From positions 124,001 through 188,000 of the IMG/VR virus record IMGVR_UViG_3300003322_000571: a stretch of 64,000 nt of DNA; one strand, written 5' to 3'. Below the pieces are notes generated by a model. The model had not been told where the DNA came from, did not search any database, and worked only from the letters and a program-made list of their open reading frames with translations. A program made the translations under genes and the position numbers. Shown piece after piece: positions 9,760-18,898 of the stretch (position 1 is the first letter of the stretch; each line of letters opens with the position of its first letter).

Positions 9760-10096
9760 CTACCCCTGGCAACCGAATAACAACCAACGATTCCCGCCCG
9801 TAATGCCGATCAATCTTACTATGCGTCTGCGCCTGGAGCAACATCATCTCACTCATCCCGTAATACGCAGCATTCGCTTCCAGCTCAGCAAGATCATTGA
9901 TCACATCAATATCAAACGACAAGTCATACAAACACGACCCGTCACAATCACGCGAATGCGCAACAACATACAACCGCAACCCGCTACAGGTAACTTCAAC
10001 CAAAGCTCCTAGCGGAATGTCATGCACAACAGCAAGATTGTTCTGACGAACCGTCTTCCCGTTCGCCTCTACAACATCACCAACAATAACAGCCAT
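9737..10096 (-). CDS. Hypothetical protein
   Basis: First clear gene of the leftward block. Confidence 0.7.
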   Translation of the reverse strand: MAVIVGDVVEANGKTVRQNNLAVVHDIPLGALVEVTCSGLRLYVVAHSRDCDGSCLYDLSFDIDVINDLAELEANAAYYGMSEMMLLQAQTHSKIDRHYGRESLVVIRLPGVVDGAEER

Positions 10097-10376
10097 ATTT
10101 CGTCCCGTAAGTCAGTAATCACAGCAACGCCAAAATCCCCGCGAAGCAAGCAACTACAAACAAAAACATTTTTAGGTACGGCAACAATACCAGCAAGGTA
10201 CCTATTACCCGTAACAGGAACCGCAATCGTATCTAAACAGGTAAAAACCCACAACTAATCACCCTGCAGGGGATCATCACACACCACTACCTCCCCCGGG
10301 AAAGAAACACATACTTCCCGCTATATCCCATAGGGGAAAGCAACATAGATTACCTATAGAAGAGAACCACCCCAAC

Positions 10377-10505
10377 TACTAGTAACCTAGCGCTGCGCAC
10401 TAGTAAACCCCGCATCTTCGCAGGGAAAGAGCAATAAAACCTAACGGGGAGAACAGTACACCCCTATAGCAGAAGTACTAGTAACCTAGCGCTGCGCACT
10501 AGTAA
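10377..10505. repeat. 30-bp perfect direct repeat, two copies
   Basis: TACTAGTAACCTAGCGCTGCGCACTAGTAA at 10377-10406 and 10476-10505. Confidence 0.95.
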
Positions 10506-10722
10506 CCACATGAGGCGAACGATAGGGGAGACGATGATTTCTCCCTAGAGAAACGATCACAGGGGATCGTTGTGCAGGGGCACAAAAGCACCCTCGTTGT
10601 GATATATTGCGCACTAACACGTGTCTTACGGACTTTTCTGCCGGGTTTACTAGTAGACAACAGTGTTTTATTCTGTCTAAACGCCGTTTTGGTTAATTTT
10701 CGTGCGTTTGTCTACTGTTCCT

Positions 10723-10875
10723 GTGGGGAATAATCTACGGTTAACCTAGTGTTTAGGTGAAGATTATTGCGTGCTACTGCGGTGAGCAGGAAATTTTCGT
10801 GCGTAAACAGCGTGAAATCCCCGGGGAGGAGCTAAACATTCCCATGTTAGCTATGTAAGGTGGGGAATAATCTAC
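10723..10875. repeat. 16-bp direct repeat, two copies
   Basis: GTGGGGAATAATCTAC at 10723 and 10860; also AATTTTCGTGCGT at 10695 and 10792. Confidence 0.85.
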
Positions 10876-11225
10876 TGCTCTATTCCCTATAGAAGGAAGA
10901 ATCGTGCGTTGACTGTCTTCTCCCTATAGGGGAGGTATAGACGGTCGCAGTGTATCTCTCCCCCTATAGGGAGAAGTAGACCAACCGTGGTGATTGGTCA
11001 ATATGCTAGTGTGGTGACTTTTATCAGGTGGCAGCAGATTAGTCTCGGTAGTTGGTTAGACCAGTCGAGATGCTAGGTTACTGTGGTGAGTAGCCAACTG
11101 ATGAAAGTGACCTATTAATAGGCATAGGCGATCGACCGGCGGACACCGTTAGGTGAAATCAATCGGTGTGCTCTGTTGACTTTGGAAGACCGTACGATTT
11201 GGTAGGGTATAGGTAGGAGGTTGCG

Positions 11226-11254
11226 ATTATCTTACAGAGTGGGTGGAAGGTCAA
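11226..11254 (-). promoter_or_regulatory. Leftward sigma70-type promoter
   Basis: TTGACC-17-GATAAT on the minus strand. Confidence 0.6.
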
Positions 11255-11399
11255 CAGGGCGGTGTTGTGGTTACTGCTCTGCTGCGATTGTTGCATAATA
11301 GCTGGTAGTTGTCTATGGGAGCTAGATGGGGAAGACACCTATTGACTTTTTGTCGTAGGGAGTGATAATGAAGCGGGGTGGTGTGTGGCCGGTGTTTAT

Positions 11400-11487
11400 A
11401 AAGTTGTTGTCCGCTCTCACCGTCCATCCCCAGGTGTGCCTGTTCGAACGCATGTGTGTATTATCGCTGTTTTAGGGTGAAAGTCAA
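11400..11487 (-). ncRNA. Candidate sRNA family X copy 1 with promoter
   Basis: TTGACT-16-GATAAT then CATGCGTTCGA...GGGATGGACGGTGAGAGCG. Confidence 0.55.
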
Positions 11488-11550
11488 CGGGGCTGTTGAG
11501 TGAGTTGGGGTGCTTCTGCAATGTGTTGGTTTTATTGCAGGAGGTTGTTA

Positions 11551-11898
11551 ATGATTGTGACGAATGATGAGGGGTATTTGGTTGGTGATATTAAGGCTTC
11601 GATCGATTCGATTGTATCGTCTGTGCGTGGGAAGCCTGTAGTCGCTTCGTGGTTGGATAGTGTGTGGCCTGATGGGAAGCCGGTGACGTTTGCTGATTTT
11701 GATCCTGCTGTTGGTGATGTGCCGTGTTATCGGTATAGCGCTTGTATTGCAGGGGAGGGGTATGCTGCGTATGCGAAGCGGGTGGTAGAGGAGGTTAACG
11801 ATGTGCTCATTGTTGAGGACATTGTTACTGCGTCGCATGCTCGGCTGCATCCGTACAACGGTGGTTGGAAGTTGGAGTTGTATTTGCATCGCAAGTAA
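11551..11898 (+). CDS. Hypothetical protein, first gene of the rightward early region
   Basis: GGAGG RBS before ATG 11551. Confidence 0.7.
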   Translation: MIVTNDEGYLVGDIKASIDSIVSSVRGKPVVASWLDSVWPDGKPVTFADFDPAVGDVPCYRYSACIAGEGYAAYAKRVVEEVNDVLIVEDIVTASHARLHPYNGGWKLELYLHRK

Positions 11899-11922
11899 TT
11901 GTACGCGTGTTGTCGATTCTGC

Positions 11923-11951
11923 TTGACTTTCTTGCCTGAAGTGAGTATCGT
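11923..11951 (+). promoter_or_regulatory. Sigma70-type early promoter
   Basis: TTGACT-17-TATCGT. Confidence 0.55.
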
Positions 11952-11983
11952 TGCCTTATTGTAATAGCTAGCGGGAGCTAGAG

Positions 11984-12331
11984 ATGAAGCTTGCACCGAA
12001 GGATCCGTACGCTGCGATGTTGTTTGCGACTGTGCCTGGATGTCAGAACATTCGTTCTCGGAAGCAGATGACGGCGCAGGAGCTGAAGGCTCTCAGTCAT
12101 GAGGAGATTCCTCAACACTGGAAGAGGATTCAGAAGCTGGAGAAGCAGCTGAGCTCGCGTCAGCGGAAGATCGTTGATCGTTTGCTGCATGTGTATGCGA
12201 ACAATCTCGGTGCTGCTGAGGAGCTGGGGTTGCCGAAGCGGATGCAGAAGTTTCTCGAGGCGCATATCAATGCGTACTACATCGAGATGGCGATCGATCA
12301 TGATCGTCTGATGCTTGCCAACATGTACTGA
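11984..12331 (+). CDS. Hypothetical protein
   Basis: RBS plus upstream promoter. Confidence 0.75.
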   Translation: MKLAPKDPYAAMLFATVPGCQNIRSRKQMTAQELKALSHEEIPQHWKRIQKLEKQLSSRQRKIVDRLLHVYANNLGAAEELGLPKRMQKFLEAHINAYYIEMAIDHDRLMLANMY

Positions 12332-12338
12332 GGCAATC

Positions 12339-12536
12339 ATGGCACTCTCTGACGAACAGAAGACGCATATCGAGCAGGTCGTCACTTTGTTGAAGAGCGG
12401 CGAGCTGTCGTGGTATGACGTTGACATGGACGATATGTCTGACGACAAGCAGGCGTACTTCGATCAATTGCATGCGGTGTGGCAGGACGAAGCGATTCGT
12501 GGTCCTGCTTTTCTTGCAATGGTCAACAAGGGTTAA
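12339..12536 (+). CDS. Small acidic protein
   Basis: GAGG RBS. Confidence 0.7.
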   Translation: MALSDEQKTHIEQVVTLLKSGELSWYDVDMDDMSDDKQAYFDQLHAVWQDEAIRGPAFLAMVNKG

Positions 12537-12538
12537 TC

Positions 12539-12895
12539 ATGGCAGTATTTCAAGTGCGGCCGTCTTCGCATGACGGCCTAACAGGTAACTGGTCGGATCT
12601 GACGATGATTGCTGAATCGTTGGACGACATCAAGGCAGCGGTGTGTGCTCACCCTCGGGATGAGGAAGCGTACCGTCGTTGTCCTGCGTATGAGATCGCT
12701 GAGATCGTTCGCGGCTGGATCGGTCAAGGACCGATGCGGAATGGCACTCCGTACGATACGTGGGATGAGATTGACTTTGGCTTCATGTCGCTTGAGCATG
12801 ATGTGCTGAAGATCAGCTACTACACTGGCGGTCGTGGCCGTGATCATGAGATCGTTGAGCGGCGTGGTTATATCACGTTCATGCCGGGGAACTGA
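12539..12895 (+). CDS. Hypothetical protein
   Basis: Operonic ORF. Confidence 0.7.
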   Translation: MAVFQVRPSSHDGLTGNWSDLTMIAESLDDIKAAVCAHPRDEEAYRRCPAYEIAEIVRGWIGQGPMRNGTPYDTWDEIDFGFMSLEHDVLKISYYTGGRGRDHEIVERRGYITFMPGN

Positions 12896-12896
12896 T

Positions 12897-13175
12897 ATGT
12901 TCAAGTACACGTTCGATCCTGCATCGAAGTCCGCTCTCGATCATGAGAAGGCTTCGTACGTCGACGGTCCGTATCCGAAGGGTCGGAAGCCGTTCCCGGT
13001 TCGTCGTCTGCTTCAGCAGCAGATGGAGATCGCACATCGTCCTGGCGCTGATCGTATCTTGGACGCAGCGGTCAGCACTGTCTATTATTCCGACAAGAAA
13101 GTCAAGCATATTCCTGTGGAGGGCGTGCTGATTCCCGCGTTCGTTTTCAAGTGCGAGCCCGTTGCCAAGACGTGA
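12897..13175 (+). CDS. Hypothetical protein
   Basis: Operonic ORF. Confidence 0.7.
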   Translation: MFKYTFDPASKSALDHEKASYVDGPYPKGRKPFPVRRLLQQQMEIAHRPGADRILDAAVSTVYYSDKKVKHIPVEGVLIPAFVFKCEPVAKT

Positions 13176-13218
13176 CAGCTCGTTGATACTTGCCGTACTG
13201 AATTAATAGGAGCCAGCG

Positions 13219-13536
13219 ATGGACGTTCAACTGCATGACTGGGCGCACGCTTTCTTCGGTGTGCTCAAGCCGTTGCTGAAGCGTATCGACAAGACGGAGG
13301 ACGAAGCGATCTCTGATCTGATCTTCGGCGACGAAGGTCTGGTGATGCCGAAAGATGTCGTTGACATCTTCATTGTCCGCCTGGTCGACCAGAAGTTCGT
13401 CGAGTTTAATCCTGGAGATGAGACGGACCGTCGTGAGTACACCGATCCGTTGCATCCGCAACGTGGTCTGATGATCGTCGGACATCCGGAAGAGCCCGGT
13501 GTGTTCTGTGTGTCGTTCTTCAACTACGCACTGTGA
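13219..13536 (+). CDS. Hypothetical protein
   Basis: AGGAG RBS. Confidence 0.75.
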   Translation: MDVQLHDWAHAFFGVLKPLLKRIDKTEDEAISDLIFGDEGLVMPKDVVDIFIVRLVDQKFVEFNPGDETDRREYTDPLHPQRGLMIVGHPEEPGVFCVSFFNYAL

Positions 13537-13546
13537 TGTGACCTAG

Positions 13547-13575
13547 TTGACGTTTGGCAAAGAAAGCTGGATACT
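13547..13575 (+). promoter_or_regulatory. Sigma70-type promoter
   Basis: TTGACG-17-GATACT; short wobble hairpin AAGCTGG/CTGGCTT. Confidence 0.7.
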
Positions 13576-13605
13576 GGCTTCACTGTCTAAACAAAGGAGT
13601 CCGAG

Positions 13606-14364
13606 ATGGACATCTCTCCGAAGCTGCACAAGATGAACATCAACCACCGGTCGGCGGCTGCTGCTGTGCAGCACACGCGAGATTGGATCGAGGGGATTGT
13701 GGACGGCGACATCGTCGTCAACAACAAGGTGATCGTCGATCCCGCACCTCCGAGCCGTGATGTGATCGCCAACGCGGTCTACTTCGTCAACCATCTGCTC
13801 AGCACCGAGCTGACCACGCAACAACTGGTCGAGCACTACGAGTTGCACAAGACGGAGTCGCGGGCGAAAGCCGATTCGTGGGCGATCACGTTCGCACAGG
13901 CGATCGTCGAGCAACTGGTCAAGGCTGACTGTGTGCTGCTCGCTGGTTCGACCGCTGATCTGATCAAGATGGCGTGGGAACGCGCAACGAAGTCGATCAC
14001 GTGCGCCCGCTATCCCGAAGTGTTCTCGAAGGCAGAAGTCGCTTCGACCACTGGCGGTGAAGTCAAGGCTGTTTCCGACATGGTCGATGTCAAGGTCGAA
14101 GTGAAGGCCGATGGCAAGATCAAGAAGGGCGGCAAGGAGCAGCTGGCGATCGCATTGTACCAGAAGTACGTCGCGTCGCTCAACGGTGCACCGTACGTCA
14201 ACCAGGACTTCATCAAGATCCTCGTCGAAGAGGCTGGCATGACCAAGCCGGGTGCAACGACGTACAACTACAACATGAAGAAGAAGTTCGGTGGTCAGAT
14301 CGAGAAGCGTGCGGACGCTGAGCCGGTTCGCATGCTGGCAGCGCCCAAGAAGAAGGCTGCTTGA
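13606..14364 (+). CDS. Family B protein (C-terminal E.G.T..GA.TY helical domain)
   Basis: EEAGMTKPGATTYNYNMKK; strongly C/G-biased codons. Confidence 0.8.
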   Translation: MDISPKLHKMNINHRSAAAAVQHTRDWIEGIVDGDIVVNNKVIVDPAPPSRDVIANAVYFVNHLLSTELTTQQLVEHYELHKTESRAKADSWAITFAQAIVEQLVKADCVLLAGSTADLIKMAWERATKSITCARYPEVFSKAEVASTTGGEVKAVSDMVDVKVEVKADGKIKKGGKEQLAIALYQKYVASLNGAPYVNQDFIKILVEEAGMTKPGATTYNYNMKKKFGGQIEKRADAEPVRMLAAPKKKAA

Positions 14365-14368
14365 CCTG

Positions 14369-14411
14369 TTGATCAAAATGGTTAGTGAGGGGATGATCTC
14401 TTCACTAACCA
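14369..14411 (+). promoter_or_regulatory. Hairpin-centred promoter
   Basis: TTGATC-17-GATGAT; 14-bp stem 14379-14411 with 2 G-T pairs. Confidence 0.7.
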
Positions 14412-14430
14412 ACTACATCTGTTAGGAGAG

Positions 14431-14895
14431 GTGATGAAATATGTCGTCAGTGTCGCGATCAGCGACCAGATTCCTCATGTCAAGACCACTCTGGCGCGGT
14501 CGGGGATCATCGATGTTTCGTGCGAGCACCAGACCGCTAAGCGTGCAATGGATGATTTCGCCGCAGTGATGACGGCGATTGCTGATCATCCGGGTTCTGG
14601 TCCGTACTGGCAGGTCAACCCGATGCAAGTACTGGACGCGATCCTCAGTCCTCCGCAGGAGAACGAGCAATCGAACGTCAAGATCGAGTTCGAGGCACGT
14701 GACGCCAACGGTGGTCCCACGTTCTCGCTGATCACCGTGGCGCTGAAAAGCGAAGAAGGCGAGACGGCGAACACGACCAATTCGTGCATGCATGCGATGG
14801 CATGCAAGATGCTCGACGTGCTCGAAACCATGATCCACGGTGGTGACCTCCCGACTGAGGAAGCTTCGATCCCTGAAGGTGAAACGATTCACTGA
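14431..14895 (+). CDS. Hypothetical protein
   Basis: GGAGAGG RBS. Confidence 0.75.
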   Translation: MMKYVVSVAISDQIPHVKTTLARSGIIDVSCEHQTAKRAMDDFAAVMTAIADHPGSGPYWQVNPMQVLDAILSPPQENEQSNVKIEFEARDANGGPTFSLITVALKSEEGETANTTNSCMHAMACKMLDVLETMIHGGDLPTEEASIPEGETIH

Positions 14896-14897
14896 TC

Positions 14898-15179
14898 ATG
14901 ATCAAGCTGACCGTTAAGGCAGACTACAAACACCGCCCTCCGGCGGTGTTTTTCGTTACCGGTTACATCGACATGGTGTTCGTGAGCTGGAAGATCCTGT
15001 GGGCACTTACACGGGCTGCTTCCAAGCAGAAAGCGAACATTGTACAGGAAGGTGAGAGCGAAAGCTACGGAGTGCACACACTTCACTTCGTACAAAAGGA
15101 CGGGAACAATTCAACTCCGTTCATTAGCATTGATTTCGAAGAAGTTGACGAGGTCCCCGACGGTTGGGAGCCCACGTAG
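14898..15179 (+). CDS. Hypothetical protein
   Basis: Coupled ORF followed by terminator. Confidence 0.65.
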   Translation: MIKLTVKADYKHRPPAVFFVTGYIDMVFVSWKILWALTRAASKQKANIVQEGESESYGVHTLHFVQKDGNNSTPFISIDFEEVDEVPDGWEPT

Positions 15180-15195
15180 CACACAGCGCCCAGAC

Positions 15196-15228
15196 AAAAG
15201 CCCACCATTGTGTGGGCTTTTTCTTTTG
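15196..15228 (+). terminator. Intrinsic terminator
   Basis: AAAAGCCCAC/GTGGGCTTTT plus T tract. Confidence 0.85.
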
Positions 15229-15471
15229 CAGCTATACAAAAATGCTCCATTGGTTTGAATGCTTGCTCTGAAGACAAACGAGCAGAGACGGATGTCGTTT
15301 CTGCATGATAATGAAATTGTGTGAGCGCAGGAGTCGCTCGGGTCTGTGCGCGATAAGCGTGTCGTTAAGACGGTTTAAAGTGCTCTGTTGTCAAGACTCG
15401 ACAGATGACTGATAGTTCACTCACTGGTTCGGAAACGCAACCGCAGGGACACAAGCAAGAAACTGCTCCTG

Positions 15472-15500
15472 TTGACAAGTTACCCTGAATCAGAGATAGT
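15472..15500 (+). promoter_or_regulatory. Sigma70-type promoter
   Basis: TTGACA-17-GATAGT. Confidence 0.75.
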
Positions 15501-15551
15501 TACCGCACTGAATCAAGTTTCTCTCAACCACCTGTAACAAGGAGTTTCATC

Positions 15552-16196
15552 ATGACCCAAGCCCAAGCCGCTCTGTCGTCCGCCATCGCCCTCCTGGCCA
15601 ACACCGATGCGTTCCGCCCCGTGGCGGCCGACGCCGGTGAAGTCAAGGCGCTCGTCGGCGACAAGATCGTGTTCCTGACCGCCGACAAGAAGGAATCCGA
15701 CGTCCTGACCGTCGTGATGGTCAAAAAGAAGGTGACCAACACCGTGTCCGACGTGAACGGCGAGAAGATGAGCGTGCCGATGACGCACTTCGGCGCCGAC
15801 GACATCGAGCTGGAAGACGGCACGTTCATCCGCCTGGTCAAGTCGGTGATCCCGCCGAAGCCGGGCAAGAAGGGCCGCGGCCGCGTCGAAGGCGCGCCGA
15901 CCAAGGCTGACATCTGCCGCGGCCTGTTCATCGCCGCCCCGGATGCGCCGAAGGCCGTGATGTGCAAGCTGTTCCAGTCGGAAGCCGGCTGCACCCGGAT
16001 GGGCGCGAACACGTACTTCCTGTCGATCGCCAAGGCCTACGCGGCCGGCAAGCTGAAGGACCTCGTTCTGGACGAAGGCGTCGTCGCCCTCGTGAAGAAG
16101 GCGATCGAGGCGGCGCGCGCCGAAGCGGAAGCCCAGGCGGCGGAAGCGTCGGCCGAGACCACGACCGAGCAGTCGACCGAAGAAGCCTCCGCCTGA
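15552..16196 (+). CDS. Family B protein
   Basis: SEAGCTRMGANTYF; acidic Ala/Glu tail. Confidence 0.85.
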   Translation: MTQAQAALSSAIALLANTDAFRPVAADAGEVKALVGDKIVFLTADKKESDVLTVVMVKKKVTNTVSDVNGEKMSVPMTHFGADDIELEDGTFIRLVKSVIPPKPGKKGRGRVEGAPTKADICRGLFIAAPDAPKAVMCKLFQSEAGCTRMGANTYFLSIAKAYAAGKLKDLVLDEGVVALVKKAIEAARAEAEAQAAEASAETTTEQSTEEASA

Positions 16197-16278
16197 TCCT
16201 TGATCGGGTGAAGTGAGAGGGTAGGGGGCATAGCCCCCTTCCTTCGTTGTGTGCATCCACCATTCTACTAGTAAACAT

Positions 16279-16629
16279 ATGCCGATCCTCTCTCAAGATG
16301 AACTGGTGCAACTGATGGTTGCGAATCTGGAAGACGGTACGAAGGAGATCCGCTTCGGTGATCATCTCCGTCCCTATGGAATGATGGATGCGCTCGTGAT
16401 TCGTCGTATCCGCACACCCGCAGGAATCCAGTACTGCGTCCGTGAAACGTCGTACCGCGGCGAAGGCAGCGGCATCTACGACCACGGTGCCGTCGAGATT
16501 GCGAAGTGGGCACGCCGGATCGCTGAACGGTACATGAAACCGCATCAGTCTGTTGTTGTTCAAAAGGTTATCGCTGAAGCTCGTGGCCTCAATGAGCCGA
16601 GCTTCTACGTGACCGAATGCAACACCTGA
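16279..16629 (+). CDS. Hypothetical protein
   Basis: ORF from MPILSQ. Confidence 0.65.
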   Translation: MPILSQDELVQLMVANLEDGTKEIRFGDHLRPYGMMDALVIRRIRTPAGIQYCVRETSYRGEGSGIYDHGAVEIAKWARRIAERYMKPHQSVVVQKVIAEARGLNEPSFYVTECNT

Positions 16630-16895
16630 TCTTCTGCCACGACCGCCAGTACGGCGGTCTCGGTATCCAGTTCGTGATCACCCCGAACGATGTGTTCGAG
16701 GCGACAGGCGAGCTAGTTGCCCACACAGCCCTCCTCCCGGAGGGCTTTCGTCCGTCTCAGTCGTCGAGATGGAAGTACGTGCCCCCGTATGGTACAGCAC
16801 CTGAGTACGGAGTTCAACAGGGCGTGATCGAACTGATCGCTGCTGGAGTCAAATACTCCGAGGCCCTCGATCAATATGTCAACGGGACAACATGA
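16617..16895 (+). CDS. Hypothetical protein
   Basis: Coupled ORF. Confidence 0.6.
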   Translation: MQHLIFCHDRQYGGLGIQFVITPNDVFEATGELVAHTALLPEGFRPSQSSRWKYVPPYGTAPEYGVQQGVIELIAAGVKYSEALDQYVNGTT

Positions 16896-17002
16896 CTGCT
16901 AAACAAGCACTTGAGCGAGCTCGAATGGCTCGTGCTCGGTCGTACTACGTTGCACTGATGAAACAACTTGGTGTGCGCCAGTTGACGTTGTTCCTTGTTT
17001 GA
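16892..17002 (+). CDS. Small basic peptide (36 aa)
   Basis: ATGA overlap; MTAKQALERARMARARSYY... Confidence 0.45.
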   Translation: MTAKQALERARMARARSYYVALMKQLGVRQLTLFLV

Positions 17003-17033
17003 GGGTCTGGGTAAAAATACTCAAAAGTGACCC

Positions 17034-17076
17034 GTTGTTAAGTCACCTAGTTTTACATATAGTTGACTTCAACAAC
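17034..17076 (+). promoter_or_regulatory. Hairpin-enclosed promoter
   Basis: TTGTTA-17-TATAGT; GTTGTTAAGTCA/TGACTTCAACAAC arms. Confidence 0.6.
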
Positions 17077-17112
17077 TGAGGAAATGTTCCTCGCAACGAA
17101 AGGAGAGAGCAA

Positions 17113-17298
17113 ATGCGTCATCCCGCACAGGGCAAACCGAATCGTTCTGAAGAAGGACGTGCCCAACGTGCCGCTCGCCACGCCCGCGCTGGCCGCCTGC
17201 AAGAGGTGCGCAACCGCGAGCTGGAGGCCGCTGACGACGCATTCTCCGATGGTGATCACGAGGCCGATGTCTGGGCCGATGAGCACGAGCTCGCGTGA
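17113..17298 (+). CDS. Small hypothetical protein
   Basis: AAGGAGAG RBS. Confidence 0.7.
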   Translation: MRHPAQGKPNRSEEGRAQRAARHARAGRLQEVRNRELEAADDAFSDGDHEADVWADEHELA

Positions 17299-17309
17299 TC
17301 GTTTCTAGT

Positions 17310-17705
17310 GACCACTAGTAAACATTAAGCCGGGCTTCGTGAGGTGGCCCACCGATGCAGTAATCTTTTGTACGCTCAACATCAGATGACATACGGCATG
17401 AAGGTGCTCAAGTAGCACCTGGGAGGCGCGCCGGCCGGACATACCGCGCCGTGGCCGGCGCGCAACTCCCAAACCTGCACAGCGGCAAGCATTTCGCCCC
17501 GCAACCGACAACCAGTGAGTCACGACATAGTGCGTTACGCATAGGGCTTTTGACATGTGCCCGCCCCGAAGTCTAACCGATGGCCATAGGGTCGCTCGCC
17601 GGGATGAAAGCGAGCACACACTAACCAAGTGGTAACCGAGTGCGCTGGCGACCGGAATTGCTGGCGCATTCAACATTTCCAGACTTCGAATTCAGACTAG
17701 AAAGG
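17310..17705 (+). ncRNA. Structured non-coding RNA or long leader candidate
   Basis: Several strong stems (17402-17420, 17421-17470, 17638-17671 with 4 G-T pairs). Confidence 0.45.
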
Positions 17706-17710
17706 TCTAC

Positions 17711-17893
17711 ATGTCCCGCAATTCCAAGAACGCCAAGCGCCACATCGCCGAGAAGGCCGCCTCCACCCAGCGCGTGAAGGGCGACAAGGGCCCCACCAAG
17801 ACGACGCCGAAGCACGGCAAGAAGAAGGCGTGGTGGCAGCTGTTCCCGTCGTACGAGGCGTACATCAAGGGCGCCAAGAAGCAGAAGGACTAA
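17711..17893 (+). CDS. Small Lys-rich basic protein
   Basis: GPTKTTPKHGKKKAWWQ; strong codon bias. Confidence 0.8.
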   Translation: MSRNSKNAKRHIAEKAASTQRVKGDKGPTKTTPKHGKKKAWWQLFPSYEAYIKGAKKQKD

Positions 17894-17923
17894 GCGGTTC
17901 TCCGCACTGTCGCTGCAGACACT

Positions 17924-17950
17924 AAAGGGCTCAACAGAGCCCTTTTGTTT
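17924..17950. terminator. Bidirectional-type intrinsic terminator
   Basis: AAAGGGCTC-AACA-GAGCCCTTT. Confidence 0.8.
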
Positions 17951-18045
17951 TGTCCGCACTATAAGACAGTGAGGCGCTCTCGCCGTCCATCCCGCGTTAG
18001 CTTCGAATCATGTGGTGATTATATTCGAAAGAGGGTAAAAGTCAA
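17950..18045 (-). ncRNA. Candidate sRNA family X copy 2 with promoter
   Basis: TTGACT-16-TATAAT then CATGATTCGA...GGGATGGACGGCGAGAGCG, running into the terminator. Confidence 0.6.
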
Positions 18046-18079
18046 CGAGAGAATTTGCCGGGCGGCGGGGGCGCCCCCG

Positions 18080-18108
18080 TTGTCAACTTACTCTGGTTGT
18101 GTGATAGT
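18080..18108 (+). promoter_or_regulatory. Sigma70-type promoter
   Basis: TTGTCA-17-GATAGT. Confidence 0.65.
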
Positions 18109-18139
18109 TGACTCATCAGTTAACAACCACGAGAACAAA

Positions 18140-18445
18140 ATGACGTTCGAACAAGAGCTGTCGGTCATCGAACAACTGTTCGGTGTCAAGATCGAAATCC
18201 AAGCCGCGCCGGGTTCGCCTGTGTGGTACACCTTCAGTGGCCGACAGTTGACGGTCGAATGCATCGAGGGCATCATCACGCAGAACAGCGGGGTGCTTGA
18301 GTGGCAAGACCCGTTGTCGTGGCATTGCAACAACAACGACAATGTCGCGTACCTGGTGGTCAAGCTGACCGACACCGATGAAGATGTCGTGTATGATCGG
18401 CTGTTCGCGTTCGACTTGACCGACAACGAATTCCACATTGTCTGA
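18140..18445 (+). CDS. Hypothetical acidic protein
   Basis: ORF from MTFEQEL. Confidence 0.7.
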   Translation: MTFEQELSVIEQLFGVKIEIQAAPGSPVWYTFSGRQLTVECIEGIITQNSGVLEWQDPLSWHCNNNDNVAYLVVKLTDTDEDVVYDRLFAFDLTDNEFHIV

Positions 18446-18466
18446 CAACTGACCGGGGAGGTCAAC

Positions 18467-18736
18467 ATGTTCGCCTTCGCCTATGCGGTGTACAGCCGCA
18501 ATCAAGCCCAGCCTCCGCACATTGTTGTCGGTGGCAGTGGCATGGAGTGCGTCAACCGCATCAAGCCGTACATCGAACGCCTGCTCGAGGATGAGCACAA
18601 GGAACGTTTCGGTGGCAATGCAGTCAAGACCGCATACGAAGACCTCAAGCAGGTCGGCACGGTCGCTGAGCTGGAGGTGTTTCTCAGCCGGTGGCTGCCG
18701 TATCGCGGCATGCTGGTTTCCGACCAGATCAAGTAA
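18467..18736 (+). CDS. Hypothetical protein
   Basis: GGAGG RBS. Confidence 0.75.
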   Translation: MFAFAYAVYSRNQAQPPHIVVGGSGMECVNRIKPYIERLLEDEHKERFGGNAVKTAYEDLKQVGTVAELEVFLSRWLPYRGMLVSDQIK

Positions 18737-18898
18737 CGAGTGCCCTGTTGATCCCACGTGGGATCTTTGGGATAGTACACACATCGCGAGCGCAAACAAC
18801 AAAGCGCTTGCGAGACGGACAGAATCAAAACTGACCCGTTGTCCAGAAACGAAATTGTGGGATAGTAGACACATCCCAACGCAACCAGGAGAGATGAA

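Larger units (their letters stand above)
10260..11500. other. Non-coding divergent strand-switch region (origin or terminus candidate)
   Basis: No credible ORF for about 1.2 kb; gene polarity and base skew invert; several repeat families. Confidence 0.55.

Noticed and set aside
10377-10505. CRISPR array
   Set aside because: Only two repeats, a 69-bp gap, no cas genes and no repeat-type terminal motif
17310-17710. Group I intron, hammerhead, tmRNA or RNase P
   Set aside because: Only fragmentary resemblance (TTCAGACTAGA); no ordered P/Q/R/S, CUGAUGA-GAAA core, tRNA-like ends or GAGGAAAGUCC
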